64,000 nt of DNA from Enterobacteria phage phiC600P9. Numbering within the stretch: the stretch's first letter is position 1; each line of letters begins with the position of its first letter. The notes beneath the pieces were generated by a model, which did no database searches, was not told where the DNA came from, and saw nothing but the letters and a program-made list of their open reading frames with translations. Shown here piece by piece: positions 1 to 8,624 of the stretch. A program made the translations under genes and the position numbers. The stretch is from sequence record MZ681930.1. One strand, written 5' to 3'.

Positions 1-368
1 TGTTCAAATTCTGCTTGGAAATCTTTACTGCTGGCAGATTCATTAAGACGTGTACCGTTAACGGTGATTTCGAAAACGTTTGGTTTTTGTCCTCTTTTGA
101 TATAGTACTTTTTCTCATCATATTCCATCCACAGCTCAACTAAAAGTTCTTTCTTATTTGTGCTGTTTATTAATTGACCTTTCTTTACATCACGAAATGG
201 CTTGCCAAAAAGCCCAAATGTGATGGCTTCTAACATAGTAGACTTACCACCGCCATTTCGTCCAGTGATAAGAGTTTTTTGAACCTTATCTAGTTGAATG
301 TCAATAGGATTTCCGCCTACTGACATTATATTTTGATACCTAACTCGGTTTAGTTTAAAATTCTTCAC
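1..368 (-). CDS. 46: Recombination exonuclease subunit gp46 (SbcC/Rad50-like ATPase), N-terminal part; rest lies beyond window start
   Basis: Minus-strand frame open from window edge; Walker A GRNGGGKST near N-terminus; sits downstream of gp47 as in T4. Start is GTG 368 overlapping the upstream TGA, or ATG 326. Confidence 0.8.
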   Translation of the reverse strand, partial: MKNFKLNRVRYQNIMSVGGNPIDIQLDKVQKTLITGRNGGGKSTMLEAITFGLFGKPFRDVKKGQLINSTNKKELLVELWMEYDEKKYYIKRGQKPNVFEITVNGTRLNESASSKDFQAEFE

Positions 369-580
369 AAAAGATTCCTTTTAATGTATCTTTTAGACCA
401 TTCTATCATATCATCATAATCTAAAAAGTATTCATCAAATTCAGCCATGCAAACAACACCTTGCGCTGCTTTTGATGTGATATAAATTATTCCAACATAT
501 CTAGAATCTTCCTCGGTGTAATCAATATTTGCTATGAATTCATCATTAATGTCAAATGTCGAAAACTTCACAGTATGCAT
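365..580 (-). CDS. Hypothetical small acidic protein (46.x-like)
   Basis: Track ORF 365..628; start moved to internal ATG at 580 because the upstream part overlaps the neighbouring ORF and looks non-coding. Confidence 0.4.
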   Translation of the reverse strand: MHTVKFSTFDINDEFIANIDYTEEDSRYVGIIYITSKAAQGVVCMAEFDEYFLDYDDMIEWSKRYIKRNLL

Positions 581-815
581 CCTTAATACAAGATACAGCC
601 ATATCTTGTAATGATTTAGGTGTGTCATTATCTAAAATGTTGAAGTTAAAAGATACAGCCCAGTCAGTGCAGACCGTAACCTTTTTAATACAATTATCTT
701 CAACCTCTAACGGTTCAAACCAATATTCAATAATTTCTTTATGACCAATATCATCTTTTACTTCGCATTCAAAATGCTGACTCATCATAACATTTTTAAA
801 TTCATCAAAAGTCAT
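552..815 (-). CDS. Hypothetical protein
   Basis: Track ORF, 87 aa; its start overlaps the gp47 stop (ATGA-type coupling). Confidence 0.5.
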   Translation of the reverse strand: MTFDEFKNVMMSQHFECEVKDDIGHKEIIEYWFEPLEVEDNCIKKVTVCTDWAVSFNFNILDNDTPKSLQDMAVSCIKDAYCEVFDI

Positions 816-1831
816 TGTGTTGCCTCTACATATAACTGATTTGCATATTGAATAAGTGCTTCGCGGTCAGAATCAGTGATGTCTGGAATTGCATTAATGT
901 ATTCTTCCATCAACGTCTGAAGAGATTGAACTTCAACTTCTTCGCTATCATCTGACTCGACAGAGTTATCAATTTTTGACACAACTCGTAATGAATGCAC
1001 AACTTTTTCTAGTTCAGATTCGAACTTCGTTAGATTTTTGTCTACTTCAGTTACTATAACACGTACTGATAGATTTGTAAAATCTTTATAGTCAATTTTT
1101 CCCTTAAATGGATATTGAATTCGACGATGCCAGGTAGTGTTGTTTGGAATAAATTCCATTCGTTCTGTTTCTGTATCAAACATCCAGAACCCGCGAGGGT
1201 CATTCTCGTCACCTGCAGTTAATGTCCATGGTGTCCCAATATATCTAACGTTAGCAGCCTCAGAGATAGTATGGAAGTGACCAGACCACACTTCTTTGTA
1301 AGTCTTAAGGAAATCAGGTTCAAGACCGTGAGATTTCATTCCTTTATAAAAATAAAATCCATTCAGTTCCCAGTGACCAACACAAAAAGAAGCAGATGAA
1401 GTTTTGATGTGTTCAAGAATTTCACCAGTATTTTCTTCACACATCCAAGGAATTAAATCAATCAAACATCCGTCAAAATCTACTGTAGTAGGCTTATCAT
1501 ATACTTTAACATTAGGATATTTAGCCAAAAGCTCAGTAGAAGCATTTGGATGCATTACATTTTTATAGTGGAGATCGTGATTTCCTACAATAGTATGTAA
1601 TGTGATTCCAGCGTCATCAAGCATTTGAACTATTTCACGGGCAAACTCCATAGTTTTATGCGTGATCGCTTTTCGTACATCAAAAATATCACCGTATTGA
1701 ATCCATACAGTAATTCCATTTTTCTTAGAATATTCTATCGCTTGCTTAATTCCGTCAAGTTGAATACCGCGAATCCATTCATCATCAGCTTTAACGCCTA
1801 AATGCCAATCACCCAAGTTTAGTATTTTCAT
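812..1831 (-). CDS. 47: Recombination endonuclease subunit gp47 (Mre11/SbcD-like metallophosphoesterase)
   Basis: 339 aa, same length as T4 gp47; phosphoesterase motifs LGDWHLG and GNHDLH; ATG verified. Confidence 0.92.
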   Translation of the reverse strand: MKILNLGDWHLGVKADDEWIRGIQLDGIKQAIEYSKKNGITVWIQYGDIFDVRKAITHKTMEFAREIVQMLDDAGITLHTIVGNHDLHYKNVMHPNASTELLAKYPNVKVYDKPTTVDFDGCLIDLIPWMCEENTGEILEHIKTSSASFCVGHWELNGFYFYKGMKSHGLEPDFLKTYKEVWSGHFHTISEAANVRYIGTPWTLTAGDENDPRGFWMFDTETERMEFIPNNTTWHRRIQYPFKGKIDYKDFTNLSVRVIVTEVDKNLTKFESELEKVVHSLRVVSKIDNSVESDDSEEVEVQSLQTLMEEYINAIPDITDSDREALIQYANQLYVEATQ

Positions 1832-2432
1832 GGTGTCTTTTCCATCCTAATTTAGCTGCTTTTGAAACTAGTTCTTTAATTTTTCCTTTTGTCCATTCAG
1901 GACCAGGAGGTTCATGACATAACATTTGCTTAACTCCGTTATTATACCATTTTTTACCTTTATTATGCGATGAAGCTTTAAATTTATTTGACCTTCCTTT
2001 TACATAGCCTTCTGGAATATACGGTAAAAAGGCAGATTTTCCTGTTAATGGGTCATGTGAATGTATGTTTCCTTTACAATTATGAGAACCATATAATGGA
2101 TGATTTTGTCCTTTAATATCTCTTCCAAATGAACCTTTTGGAGCAGCATATGACATATTAAAGAATAATGGATTTTTAACCGCATCATGCAAACGTTGAT
2201 AATATAACTCACATTTAATAGCTTCTTCGCGCGTATCAAATTCATCTAAAATGCATGAATCAAATAAATGTGGGTTATCTGAAAGTTCTTCATTATAAAT
2301 TTTCTTATACTTTTTAGATAAAACTGATCCATGATATCCGGCTAAATGCCTATCTAAAGATGTAGATCCAATATAAAAAGGAGGAAGTTTATCTCCACTA
2401 TATATTGTTAAATAAGTTATATATTTTTTCAT
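1809..2432 (-). CDS. GIY-YIG family endonuclease-like protein (Seg-like homing endonuclease candidate)
   Basis: 207 aa; N-terminal PFYIGSTSLDRHLAGYHGS ... FDSCILDEF ... ELYYQ resembles the GIY-YIG catalytic domain; basic Gly/His/Lys-rich C-terminus suggests DNA binding; 3' end overlaps gene 47 start by 23 nt. Confidence 0.6.
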   Translation of the reverse strand: MKKYITYLTIYSGDKLPPFYIGSTSLDRHLAGYHGSVLSKKYKKIYNEELSDNPHLFDSCILDEFDTREEAIKCELYYQRLHDAVKNPLFFNMSYAAPKGSFGRDIKGQNHPLYGSHNCKGNIHSHDPLTGKSAFLPYIPEGYVKGRSNKFKASSHNKGKKWYNNGVKQMLCHEPPGPEWTKGKIKELVSKAAKLGWKRHHENTKLG

Positions 2433-2608
2433 ATATCAAGAACCGTCATTGAAATGCAAAATAAAATTATTGAAATAAATCCATCTGGAGTGCTAAAGAA
2501 CCCAATCCAGCACGCTCTAGTGAATAGATAAAATGCAAGAAAAAGTATCACATATCCAAGAAATATCATTATATCAAACTCCGTATAAAGCTAAAGGGCC
2601 GAAGCCCT

Positions 2609-3811
2609 TTATTTTGTAATAATGTCAAACTGTTCTTTAAAGCAGAAGCTTGAATCTTGATGTTGATACAAAAATTCATACGCTTTTTCTCGCTCACGGT
2701 CATAAAGAGCTCGGTCAGATGACAGTTCTTTAATACGTTCAAATGTTGATTCCATGTCATTTTCATCAAACCAAACGATACCGCTATCATGAGAAATTAA
2801 CGGAGTATTATCAACACGGAATTTTAAATTTTCGCCAGTAGATTTCCAAAATACTGGAATTGTTCCGCATGCACCAAGCTCGAGATGAGTATATTCTAAA
2901 GAACGCTGTAGATATTTTTTATCTAATTTACTCAGCTGATAACCAAATCCGGATTTACTCATGCGTTCAAGCATTTCGCTATTTACATAACGGTCGAGAA
3001 TTTGCGTTGGCAAATTAGGAGCAATTTTAATTTGGTCTACTTGATGAAGACGATAATACTCGTATGGAATTCCTTTTTCTTTAATAGGAATGAACGCTGG
3101 AGAACGTTCCAGACCTTCCATAATAGTACTTAGTCCTGCAGGTTTAAGATGTTTTTCATGAAAATCAAACATCTGATAAAAGCCTTTCCATGTAGTAGTA
3201 CGACCAATCCAACGGTTGATATTCATGTTAATTTCAGAAACATCTTTCCAGTAGGTTGATCGAACCTTCGCAATATCCATAGGAGGCTGAAAGTTATATA
3301 CGGTCGGTGCTTCTTCAATATCATCAAACAGAGAAACTGTTTCTGGATACCATTCTTTCATTAAAACTTTATTAAAATCGCCATTATCAGAATGGCTAAA
3401 AATAACATCAGCTCGACGAACAGTTTCTTCTAATCCCAAATTTCGACGCAAAGAAAGAGAAGAATGGTCATGCTGATAAACTACAACACGAACCGAAGGT
3501 TTAATGTTATCAATAATTTTTTTATAGTTATTAATTGTGTCTTCTTCGACTGAAGTAGCAGGAACTGAATTGATAACTAGAATATCACAATCATTTACCA
3601 GCTTAAGTGTTTTATCGTATTCTTTTGCCAATAAAACCGGAATTGAAAATGACTTATAATCATGTGCGCAATTACGAGTAAATGATTTATCTTTAGCATA
3701 AACCAAAGTTACTTCATGACCATTTTTAATAAACCAATCACGTTGCTCAAGAGAAAATTTAGTTACACCGCAACCTTCAAGACCTCGAGCCATAAAAATA
3801 CATACTTTCAT
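2609..3811 (-). CDS. a-gt: DNA alpha-glucosyltransferase
   Basis: 400 aa; N-terminus MKVCIFMARGLEGCGVTKFSLEQRDWFIKNGHEVTLVYAKDK matches T4 a-gt as I remember it; ATG verified. Confidence 0.88.
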   Translation of the reverse strand: MKVCIFMARGLEGCGVTKFSLEQRDWFIKNGHEVTLVYAKDKSFTRNCAHDYKSFSIPVLLAKEYDKTLKLVNDCDILVINSVPATSVEEDTINNYKKIIDNIKPSVRVVVYQHDHSSLSLRRNLGLEETVRRADVIFSHSDNGDFNKVLMKEWYPETVSLFDDIEEAPTVYNFQPPMDIAKVRSTYWKDVSEINMNINRWIGRTTTWKGFYQMFDFHEKHLKPAGLSTIMEGLERSPAFIPIKEKGIPYEYYRLHQVDQIKIAPNLPTQILDRYVNSEMLERMSKSGFGYQLSKLDKKYLQRSLEYTHLELGACGTIPVFWKSTGENLKFRVDNTPLISHDSGIVWFDENDMESTFERIKELSSDRALYDREREKAYEFLYQHQDSSFCFKEQFDIITK

Positions 3812-3835
3812 TTAATATCCTCATTGTTTTGGTTT

Positions 3836-3860
3836 ATTTTACCAAAAATTTATAAAGCAA
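3836..3860 (-). promoter_or_regulatory. Candidate MotA-dependent middle promoter for a-gt
   Basis: Minus-sense TTGCTTTA (MotA-box-like), 12-nt spacer, then TAAAAT -10, about 25 nt upstream of the a-gt ATG. Confidence 0.45.
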
Positions 3861-4226
3861 TATAGGAGCCGAAGCTCCTATCCGCATAATACGCCATACA
3901 GAGGCTCATTAGAGCTTCTAAATTTTATACGCTTATATGTTATAGTTCCTTCTGCTTTAGCTTTATCATGAGACTCTTTAAAGCGTCTCATCATTTCTAC
4001 TTTAGAGGAACGAATTTTATTATAATCTATTTCACAAGTCTGGGCGTTCATCTTTCACAGTTGCCACCATTTTTTGACTTGATAAGAATCAACCCACACT
4101 TTCATATTAGGGTCTGCTCTTACAATAGGAGGATTAACTTCTTTGATTGAACTATCATGGTATTCTTTTTCAGAAATTTTCACGCAAAGATGACCATTCA
4201 AAGATTCAGTAAATCCTGCATTAATT

Positions 4227-4544
4227 TTAAGACGCTTGAATTTTACGTGTGTAAGCATCAATCATATCCTCAATCTGCGATCTAGTAGTCTTCCAAAGAA
4301 TACTAATAAGTTCATCGTTATATGGCTGTTTTAGAATATCCCGACTTTTCTTGATAGCATATTCGTATTGAGCAAAATTATTGTTTTCAGCTGCAATCTG
4401 AGCGTGTTTATAAAGACGGTTCAGTTCGCGTTTGTTTTTAGACAATAACTTATTTGCTTTTCTTTCTGCTTCAAGACGGTTCTTTTCTTCAATAGAAGAA
4501 ATAAGCTTTTCCACTTCATCATTAATTTCGGGTTTATCAGTCAT
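4227..4544 (-). CDS. Hypothetical protein
   Basis: Track ORF, 105 aa, charged/helical, between a-gt and gene 55. Confidence 0.5.
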   Translation of the reverse strand: MTDKPEINDEVEKLISSIEEKNRLEAERKANKLLSKNKRELNRLYKHAQIAAENNNFAQYEYAIKKSRDILKQPYNDELISILWKTTRSQIEDMIDAYTRKIQAS

Positions 4545-4545
4545 A

Positions 4546-4764
4546 TTATTTCTCTAATATAAAATAAAAATCATCATCTGTTAAATGATACCGATAGTTT
4601 AATTCTACACCATTAGATTTAAAAGCGGTATCATACGGATTTTCTGGATCAATATCAATGTCAAGAGCTAAAACTTCCCTGAGATACATTTTAAGTAAAT
4701 AGGGAATAGCTTCAACTTCAGGTATTTCTTCCAAGAATCCGGAGAGGTTAATCGTTAGCCTCAT
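4546..4764 (-). CDS. Hypothetical protein
   Basis: Track ORF, 72 aa, immediately downstream of gene 55 with small overlap. Confidence 0.5.
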
Positions 4765-5305
4765 ATAAAAAATCCAAACTAGGAGAATCGTCTACAACAC
4801 TTTTCTTTTCAGCCCCCGGTGTTCTATAGGTTGATTCTTCGTAATGCGTCATTTTATCGTAGATGTCTTGAATAAAAGTTTCATCTACTAACGCAACCAT
4901 ATCGTCGTCACGACTGTCATAGACATTGTGAACGAAGTAACTATATTTCTTTGCAACTTCCTTACGTTCTTTTTTAATACGTTGGACGAATGCATTAAAA
5001 CAAGCTTGAGTTATATATGCATGTGGGTTTTTATATTTCGTTTCATCAAAATTATGAAGCCCCTTAATAGAAGCTTCTATACCATCTGCAATCATTTCTT
5101 GTTTCCAAGATTGGGTGTATCCTGAAAAGTTGAAACGTTTAGATAAGCCTTCTGCAATAAGCATAATGGCTAATCCGATAGTATCATTCTGACGAACTAC
5201 TTTATTTGGGTCTTTATTATTTGCTAATTCTGTTTTCCAATCAATAATAGCTTGTAAAAGCTCTTTATTGTTTACGTAATTATATTTAGGCTTAGTTTCT
5301 GACAT
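4748..5305 (-). CDS. 55: Late-transcription sigma factor gp55
   Basis: 185 aa from ATG 5305 (track start 5311 is GTG); [24 protein letters not shown] matches T4 gp55 from memory; SD AGGTG upstream. Confidence 0.9.
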
Positions 5306-5383
5306 TTTCACCTCTTAGCTCAATTCATAGATCTATTATATCATAATATTTGAAGATCTATCTTAAAGCATAGAGGATATCAG

Positions 5384-5653
5384 TTATCTAAGTAAACAGT
5401 ATGCTTGGAATACTTTCTCCATCATCTTTTTAAATTCATGAATATCTATATAATGACTAGTTAAATCAGCATGATATAAAAAGTCTAAAAACTTTTCATG
5501 TGTGCTAACATATTCGCTTTCATTTAATTCAGAAACATGGCTTTCCCAATATCCAACACCAGTCTTATTTGGGAAAAATGAAATTTTCATGTATTGGTCA
5601 ACATAGAAAATGCCATAATTTTCAATAGTAATAGAAATATTAATAAATTTCAT
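5384..5653 (-). CDS. Hypothetical protein
   Basis: Track ORF, 89 aa. Confidence 0.45.
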   Translation of the reverse strand: MKFINISITIENYGIFYVDQYMKISFFPNKTGVGYWESHVSELNESEYVSTHEKFLDFLYHADLTSHYIDIHEFKKMMEKVFQAYCLLR

Positions 5654-5865
5654 ACATTCATCAACTTAGCCGCTTCGAGAGCTGCATCTAGTGAATCAAA
5701 TTGGTCAACGTATTCAATCAATTCGCCGTAATTAGCGTATAACCACCATTGGCTAAATTCATACTCAAGGATGAATCCATTTCCTTCAATTTGAGTTAAA
5801 CCAATGCCGTTTGTATTTACTTCATATCCGGCAAGACGCAAATCGTTAATAAGAGCTTCATTCAT
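5650..5865 (-). CDS. Hypothetical protein
   Basis: Track ORF, 71 aa, overlap-coupled to neighbours. Confidence 0.45.
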   Translation of the reverse strand: MNEALINDLRLAGYEVNTNGIGLTQIEGNGFILEYEFSQWWLYANYGELIEYVDQFDSLDAALEAAKLMNV

Positions 5866-5867
5866 AA

Positions 5868-6194
5868 TTATGCCTTAGTAATTTTCAGATCAGCAAATTT
5901 TTTCTTGCGTTGATTTTTCATACGACGAATAGTTTTATCAGAAATTTCATGCTTTTGATAAGCTTTAGATTCTACACCAAAAGCTTTAACATCAAATTCT
6001 GACAAGATATATTGAACCAACAATTCACGGACAGTATTGCGTCCAATTTTCTGATCATTCTGTTTCATCGTCTGATGAAGCTCTTTTTCCCATTTATCCA
6101 AAATTTGAGGAGTTACAATATCGCCTTTTTCTAGCAGAGAAACTACTTTATCATATGCGTAAGAATTGATGGCGTTTTTAATTTGAATAGTCAT
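5868..6194 (-). CDS. Hypothetical protein
   Basis: Track ORF, 108 aa, basic C-terminus. Confidence 0.5.
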   Translation of the reverse strand: MTIQIKNAINSYAYDKVVSLLEKGDIVTPQILDKWEKELHQTMKQNDQKIGRNTVRELLVQYILSEFDVKAFGVESKAYQKHEISDKTIRRMKNQRKKKFADLKITKA

Positions 6195-6232
6195 ACATTA
6201 TCCTCAATTACGTTAAAATTTTATTATCCAAA

Positions 6233-6248
6233 AAGGGCCGAAGCCCTT
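6233..6248 (-). terminator. Stem-loop (GGGC-UUCG-GCCC) followed by U-run
   Basis: Hairpin aagggc-cgaa-gccctt overlapping the stop of ORF 6247..6447, followed by UUUU on the minus strand. Confidence 0.5.
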
Positions 6249-6447
6249 AGCTAAACTGTTTGGCACCCTTCCAGCCTTCATACATCATTGCGGCTGATAT
6301 TAATATTGCTCCTGCGCATTTTGAATATTTGTGATTCCAAAACCAGTTCAGAAAAACTTCGTCATCAATACCTTGGGCTATCATATTTTCAAAGAACTGA
6401 CGACGAGCTTCGGCAATTCGTTGCGATAATTTAGATTCAGGATTCAT
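6247..6447 (-). CDS. Hypothetical protein
   Basis: Track ORF, 66 aa. Confidence 0.45.
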   Translation of the reverse strand: MNPESKLSQRIAEARRQFFENMIAQGIDDEVFLNWFWNHKYSKCAGAILISAAMMYEGWKGAKQFS

Positions 6448-6579
6448 TTAAATTTTCCAATTGCCATTTTCATCAATGAATTTAATCCAGTCATTTACTG
6501 ACCACTTGGTCGTATCGCCTTTTGGAGCAACATTTAAAGTGTATAATCCTTGTTTAAAAAGCATGCGTTTGATATTCAT
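6448..6579 (-). CDS. Hypothetical small protein
   Basis: Track ORF 6448..6663 shortened to the internal ATG at 6579, which has SD GAGGAAAA and avoids a 77-nt overlap. Confidence 0.35.
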   Translation of the reverse strand: MNIKRMLFKQGLYTLNVAPKGDTTKWSVNDWIKFIDENGNWKI

Positions 6580-6586
6580 ATTTTCC

Positions 6587-6880
6587 TCAGCTGTAACGAT
6601 AGCACTCGTTTGATTTACGTTTAGCAACTCGTTGAGAAGTATTATAATCAAAATCGTCATCAATGTAAACTGATTTTTTCAACTTTCTTACTTCACTACG
6701 TAATTGACGATTTAACTCATCTTTAACTTCTGAATCAATGCCTTTCATTCTACGCCATTTATCAGAGCGAAAAATGTTTTCAACCATATCTTTATGACTT
6801 ACGCCATCAGGAGCTTTACGCTTTCCGAAATAGTCATAATCACGTACTTTTAAATCTTTACGACGATACGTTTTACCCAT
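6587..6880 (-). CDS. Hypothetical basic protein
   Basis: Track ORF 6587..6925; ATG at 6880 verified, SD AGGAAA upstream. Confidence 0.45.
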   Translation of the reverse strand: MGKTYRRKDLKVRDYDYFGKRKAPDGVSHKDMVENIFRSDKWRRMKGIDSEVKDELNRQLRSEVRKLKKSVYIDDDFDYNTSQRVAKRKSNECYRYS

Positions 6881-7055
6881 GGAGTTTAATTTCCTTAGCA
6901 ACTGAACTAAATACAGCACGATCACAAATCATCTGTTTATGTAACTTGAGTATAAGATAATAAACTTCAAAACCGTTTACATAAGTAACACGAACAACAT
7001 TACCATTAATAAAATAATATTGTCCCTTTTTAATTTCTTTATCAACCACAACCAT
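6873..7055 (-). CDS. Hypothetical protein
   Basis: 60 aa; ATG verified; SD GAGGA; early promoter just upstream. Confidence 0.5.
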   Translation of the reverse strand: MVVVDKEIKKGQYYFINGNVVRVTYVNGFEVYYLILKLHKQMICDRAVFSSVAKEIKLHG

Positions 7056-7085
7056 ATCAAATCCTCAAAGGCAATTCATATGTTA

Positions 7086-7115
7086 ATAATACCACAGTTT
7101 GAACTTCTTGTAAAC
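7086..7115 (-). promoter_or_regulatory. T4-type early promoter
   Basis: Minus-sense GTTTACA, 17 nt, TGTGGTATTAT; A-rich tract upstream. Confidence 0.6.
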
Positions 7116-7196
7116 AACTTTGTGAAAATTATTTTAGGGAACGATAAGAAGGGAACGATAGCTTAGAATGGTAATATACAGAATGCGAGAAAGAAA

Positions 7197-7209
7197 GGCC
7201 CAGAGGGCC
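7197..7209 (-). terminator. Stem-loop with downstream U-rich tract
   Basis: GGCCC-aga-GGGCC hairpin just after the stop of ORF 7214..7666, followed by CUUUCUUUCU on the minus strand. Confidence 0.4.
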
Positions 7210-7213
7210 CGTC

Positions 7214-7537
7214 TTAGTCTTCTATGATATCTCTATCATATCCAAGTGAAATGAGAGTTTCTTTGAAGTGTTTAATGTTCTTTTGTCTAGAATCATTGAT
7301 GAAAATGACTGGATAACGAATGTTAAGAGATGTGAATCCAGCTCGTTTAGCAAGAGATACAATCAGTGGGCGATCATACTCAATCTTACCATTATTTGTA
7401 AGAACTTTATAGAAAGTAAAAGGAGCATTGAGCTCCTTTAGAAGTTTTGTAACTGATTGACATCCAGGACAACGACCTACTTCATCTGGAATTCCATAGA
7501 CTTCAATCTTATTCTTTAAGTTCGAGTTTTGTTCCAC
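7214..7537 (-). CDS. Glutaredoxin-like protein (NrdH-like)
   Basis: CPGC redox motif in IEVYGIPDEVGRCPGCQ; start uncertain: GTG 7537 right after the upstream stop, or ATG 7585 overlapping the upstream gene. Confidence 0.5.
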   Translation of the reverse strand: MEQNSNLKNKIEVYGIPDEVGRCPGCQSVTKLLKELNAPFTFYKVLTNNGKIEYDRPLIVSLAKRAGFTSLNIRYPVIFINDSRQKNIKHFKETLISLGYDRDIIED

Positions 7538-7820
7538 GAGAAATAATTCCTTGATAAGCCCAGTATGGCGGGTTAACAGAATCATCGCCAGAATTTTCTT
7601 CAGGAAAATAAACCTGGATAACAAATCCAGATGCATCAAAGGTAAAATAAACCGTAGGCAGTTCACCTAACAATTCAGCACGAGCATTAATTTCTTCGAG
7701 ATCTCGTTCACGTCCAGCCCAAAAACTAGGATTTAGACTACATTCATAGAAATAATAGTCATTACCGAACATATCAAACCCCTTCCAACTCTCTACCACA
7801 TACTGCTCAAAACTAATCAT
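7509..7820 (-). CDS. Hypothetical protein
   Basis: Track ORF, 103 aa. Confidence 0.5.
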   Translation of the reverse strand: MISFEQYVVESWKGFDMFGNDYYFYECSLNPSFWAGRERDLEEINARAELLGELPTVYFTFDASGFVIQVYFPEENSGDDSVNPPYWAYQGIISRGTKLELKE

Positions 7821-7822
7821 AA

Positions 7823-8038
7823 TTAAGCCTTTTTATCAAGAACAGCATTCAGTTTGTTAGTAATTTTATCCAGACGCTCATTAAACTCGCTAGAAGATAA
7901 GCCTTTTTCTGGAGAAATTAAGCTAATCACGAAAAATATAGCAATAAAAGGAATAAGGAAAATAGCTCCAACTGCCATAAACAGAAAGAACGTTACAGTT
8001 GTAAGAAAATCAGCTAAACCTTTACGAAATTTATACAT
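7823..8038 (-). CDS. Small membrane protein
   Basis: 71 aa with a long hydrophobic segment (FFLFMAVGAIFLIPFIAIFFVISLI). Confidence 0.5.
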   Translation of the reverse strand: MYKFRKGLADFLTTVTFFLFMAVGAIFLIPFIAIFFVISLISPEKGLSSSEFNERLDKITNKLNAVLDKKA

Positions 8039-8153
8039 ATTTTACCCTTAATTGATTAACCAAGCATTGATAAGCACTAAACTATATTGCGAATAAAATT
8101 CTGGACCAAAATGAAAAATCATATCATTTATAGTGTCCATAATATAATTCAAT

Positions 8154-8624
8154 TTAATCATGTTTCCACACCCCATCGGTATTTGACCAAAGTCGCTGAT
8201 TATCTGATCCTCGCCACAGCTTTTTGGTCGGAAGATTTTTCTCATACTTCCCATCAATAATAACATCAACATATTTAAGCATTTCTAGTTGTTTAATATC
8301 CTCAAACTTATATCCGGTCCACAACCAAATGCTTTTATTGGGATAAAGATTTTTTACTGTTTGAACAATGCAATGAATCACGTCTCTGTTATCAGGATAA
8401 AGAGGGTCACCTCCGGTTATAGTTAATCCTTCTATATAATCATTATTCAAACATTCAATCAATTGTTCTAATGTTTCACCAGTGAATGGAATACCATTTC
8501 TAGCATTCCATGTTGATTTATTATAACACCCTTCGCATTTATGCAAACACCCTGTAACGAAAAGAACGACCCTGCATCCAGGGCCATTCACAAAATCACA
8601 GGGATAAAATCTATCGTAATTCAT
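8154..8624 (-). CDS. nrdG: Anaerobic ribonucleotide reductase activating protein
   Basis: 156 aa; radical-SAM CxxxCxxC motif (CLHKCEGC); immediately downstream of nrdD with ATGA overlap. Confidence 0.9.
   Translation of the reverse strand: MNYDRFYPCDFVNGPGCRVVLFVTGCLHKCEGCYNKSTWNARNGIPFTGETLEQLIECLNNDYIEGLTITGGDPLYPDNRDVIHCIVQTVKNLYPNKSIWLWTGYKFEDIKQLEMLKYVDVIIDGKYEKNLPTKKLWRGSDNQRLWSNTDGVWKHD

Noticed and set aside
2393-2569. 59-aa hydrophobic minus-strand ORF (MIFLGYVILFLAFYLF...) with a GGAG ribosome-binding site
   Set aside because: Below the track length cut-off and overlaps the GIY-YIG gene start by about 40 nt; could be a real small membrane peptide but evidence is too thin to annotate.
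4055-4261. 68-aa minus-strand ORF between a-gt and the 105-aa ORF
   Set aside because: Overlaps the upstream ORF by 35 nt with no convincing ribosome-binding site; possibly real but unsupported, so not listed as a feature.
8048-8272. 74-aa minus-strand ORF
   Set aside because: Overlaps the 3' part of nrdG in another frame; nrdG is well supported, this ORF is not.
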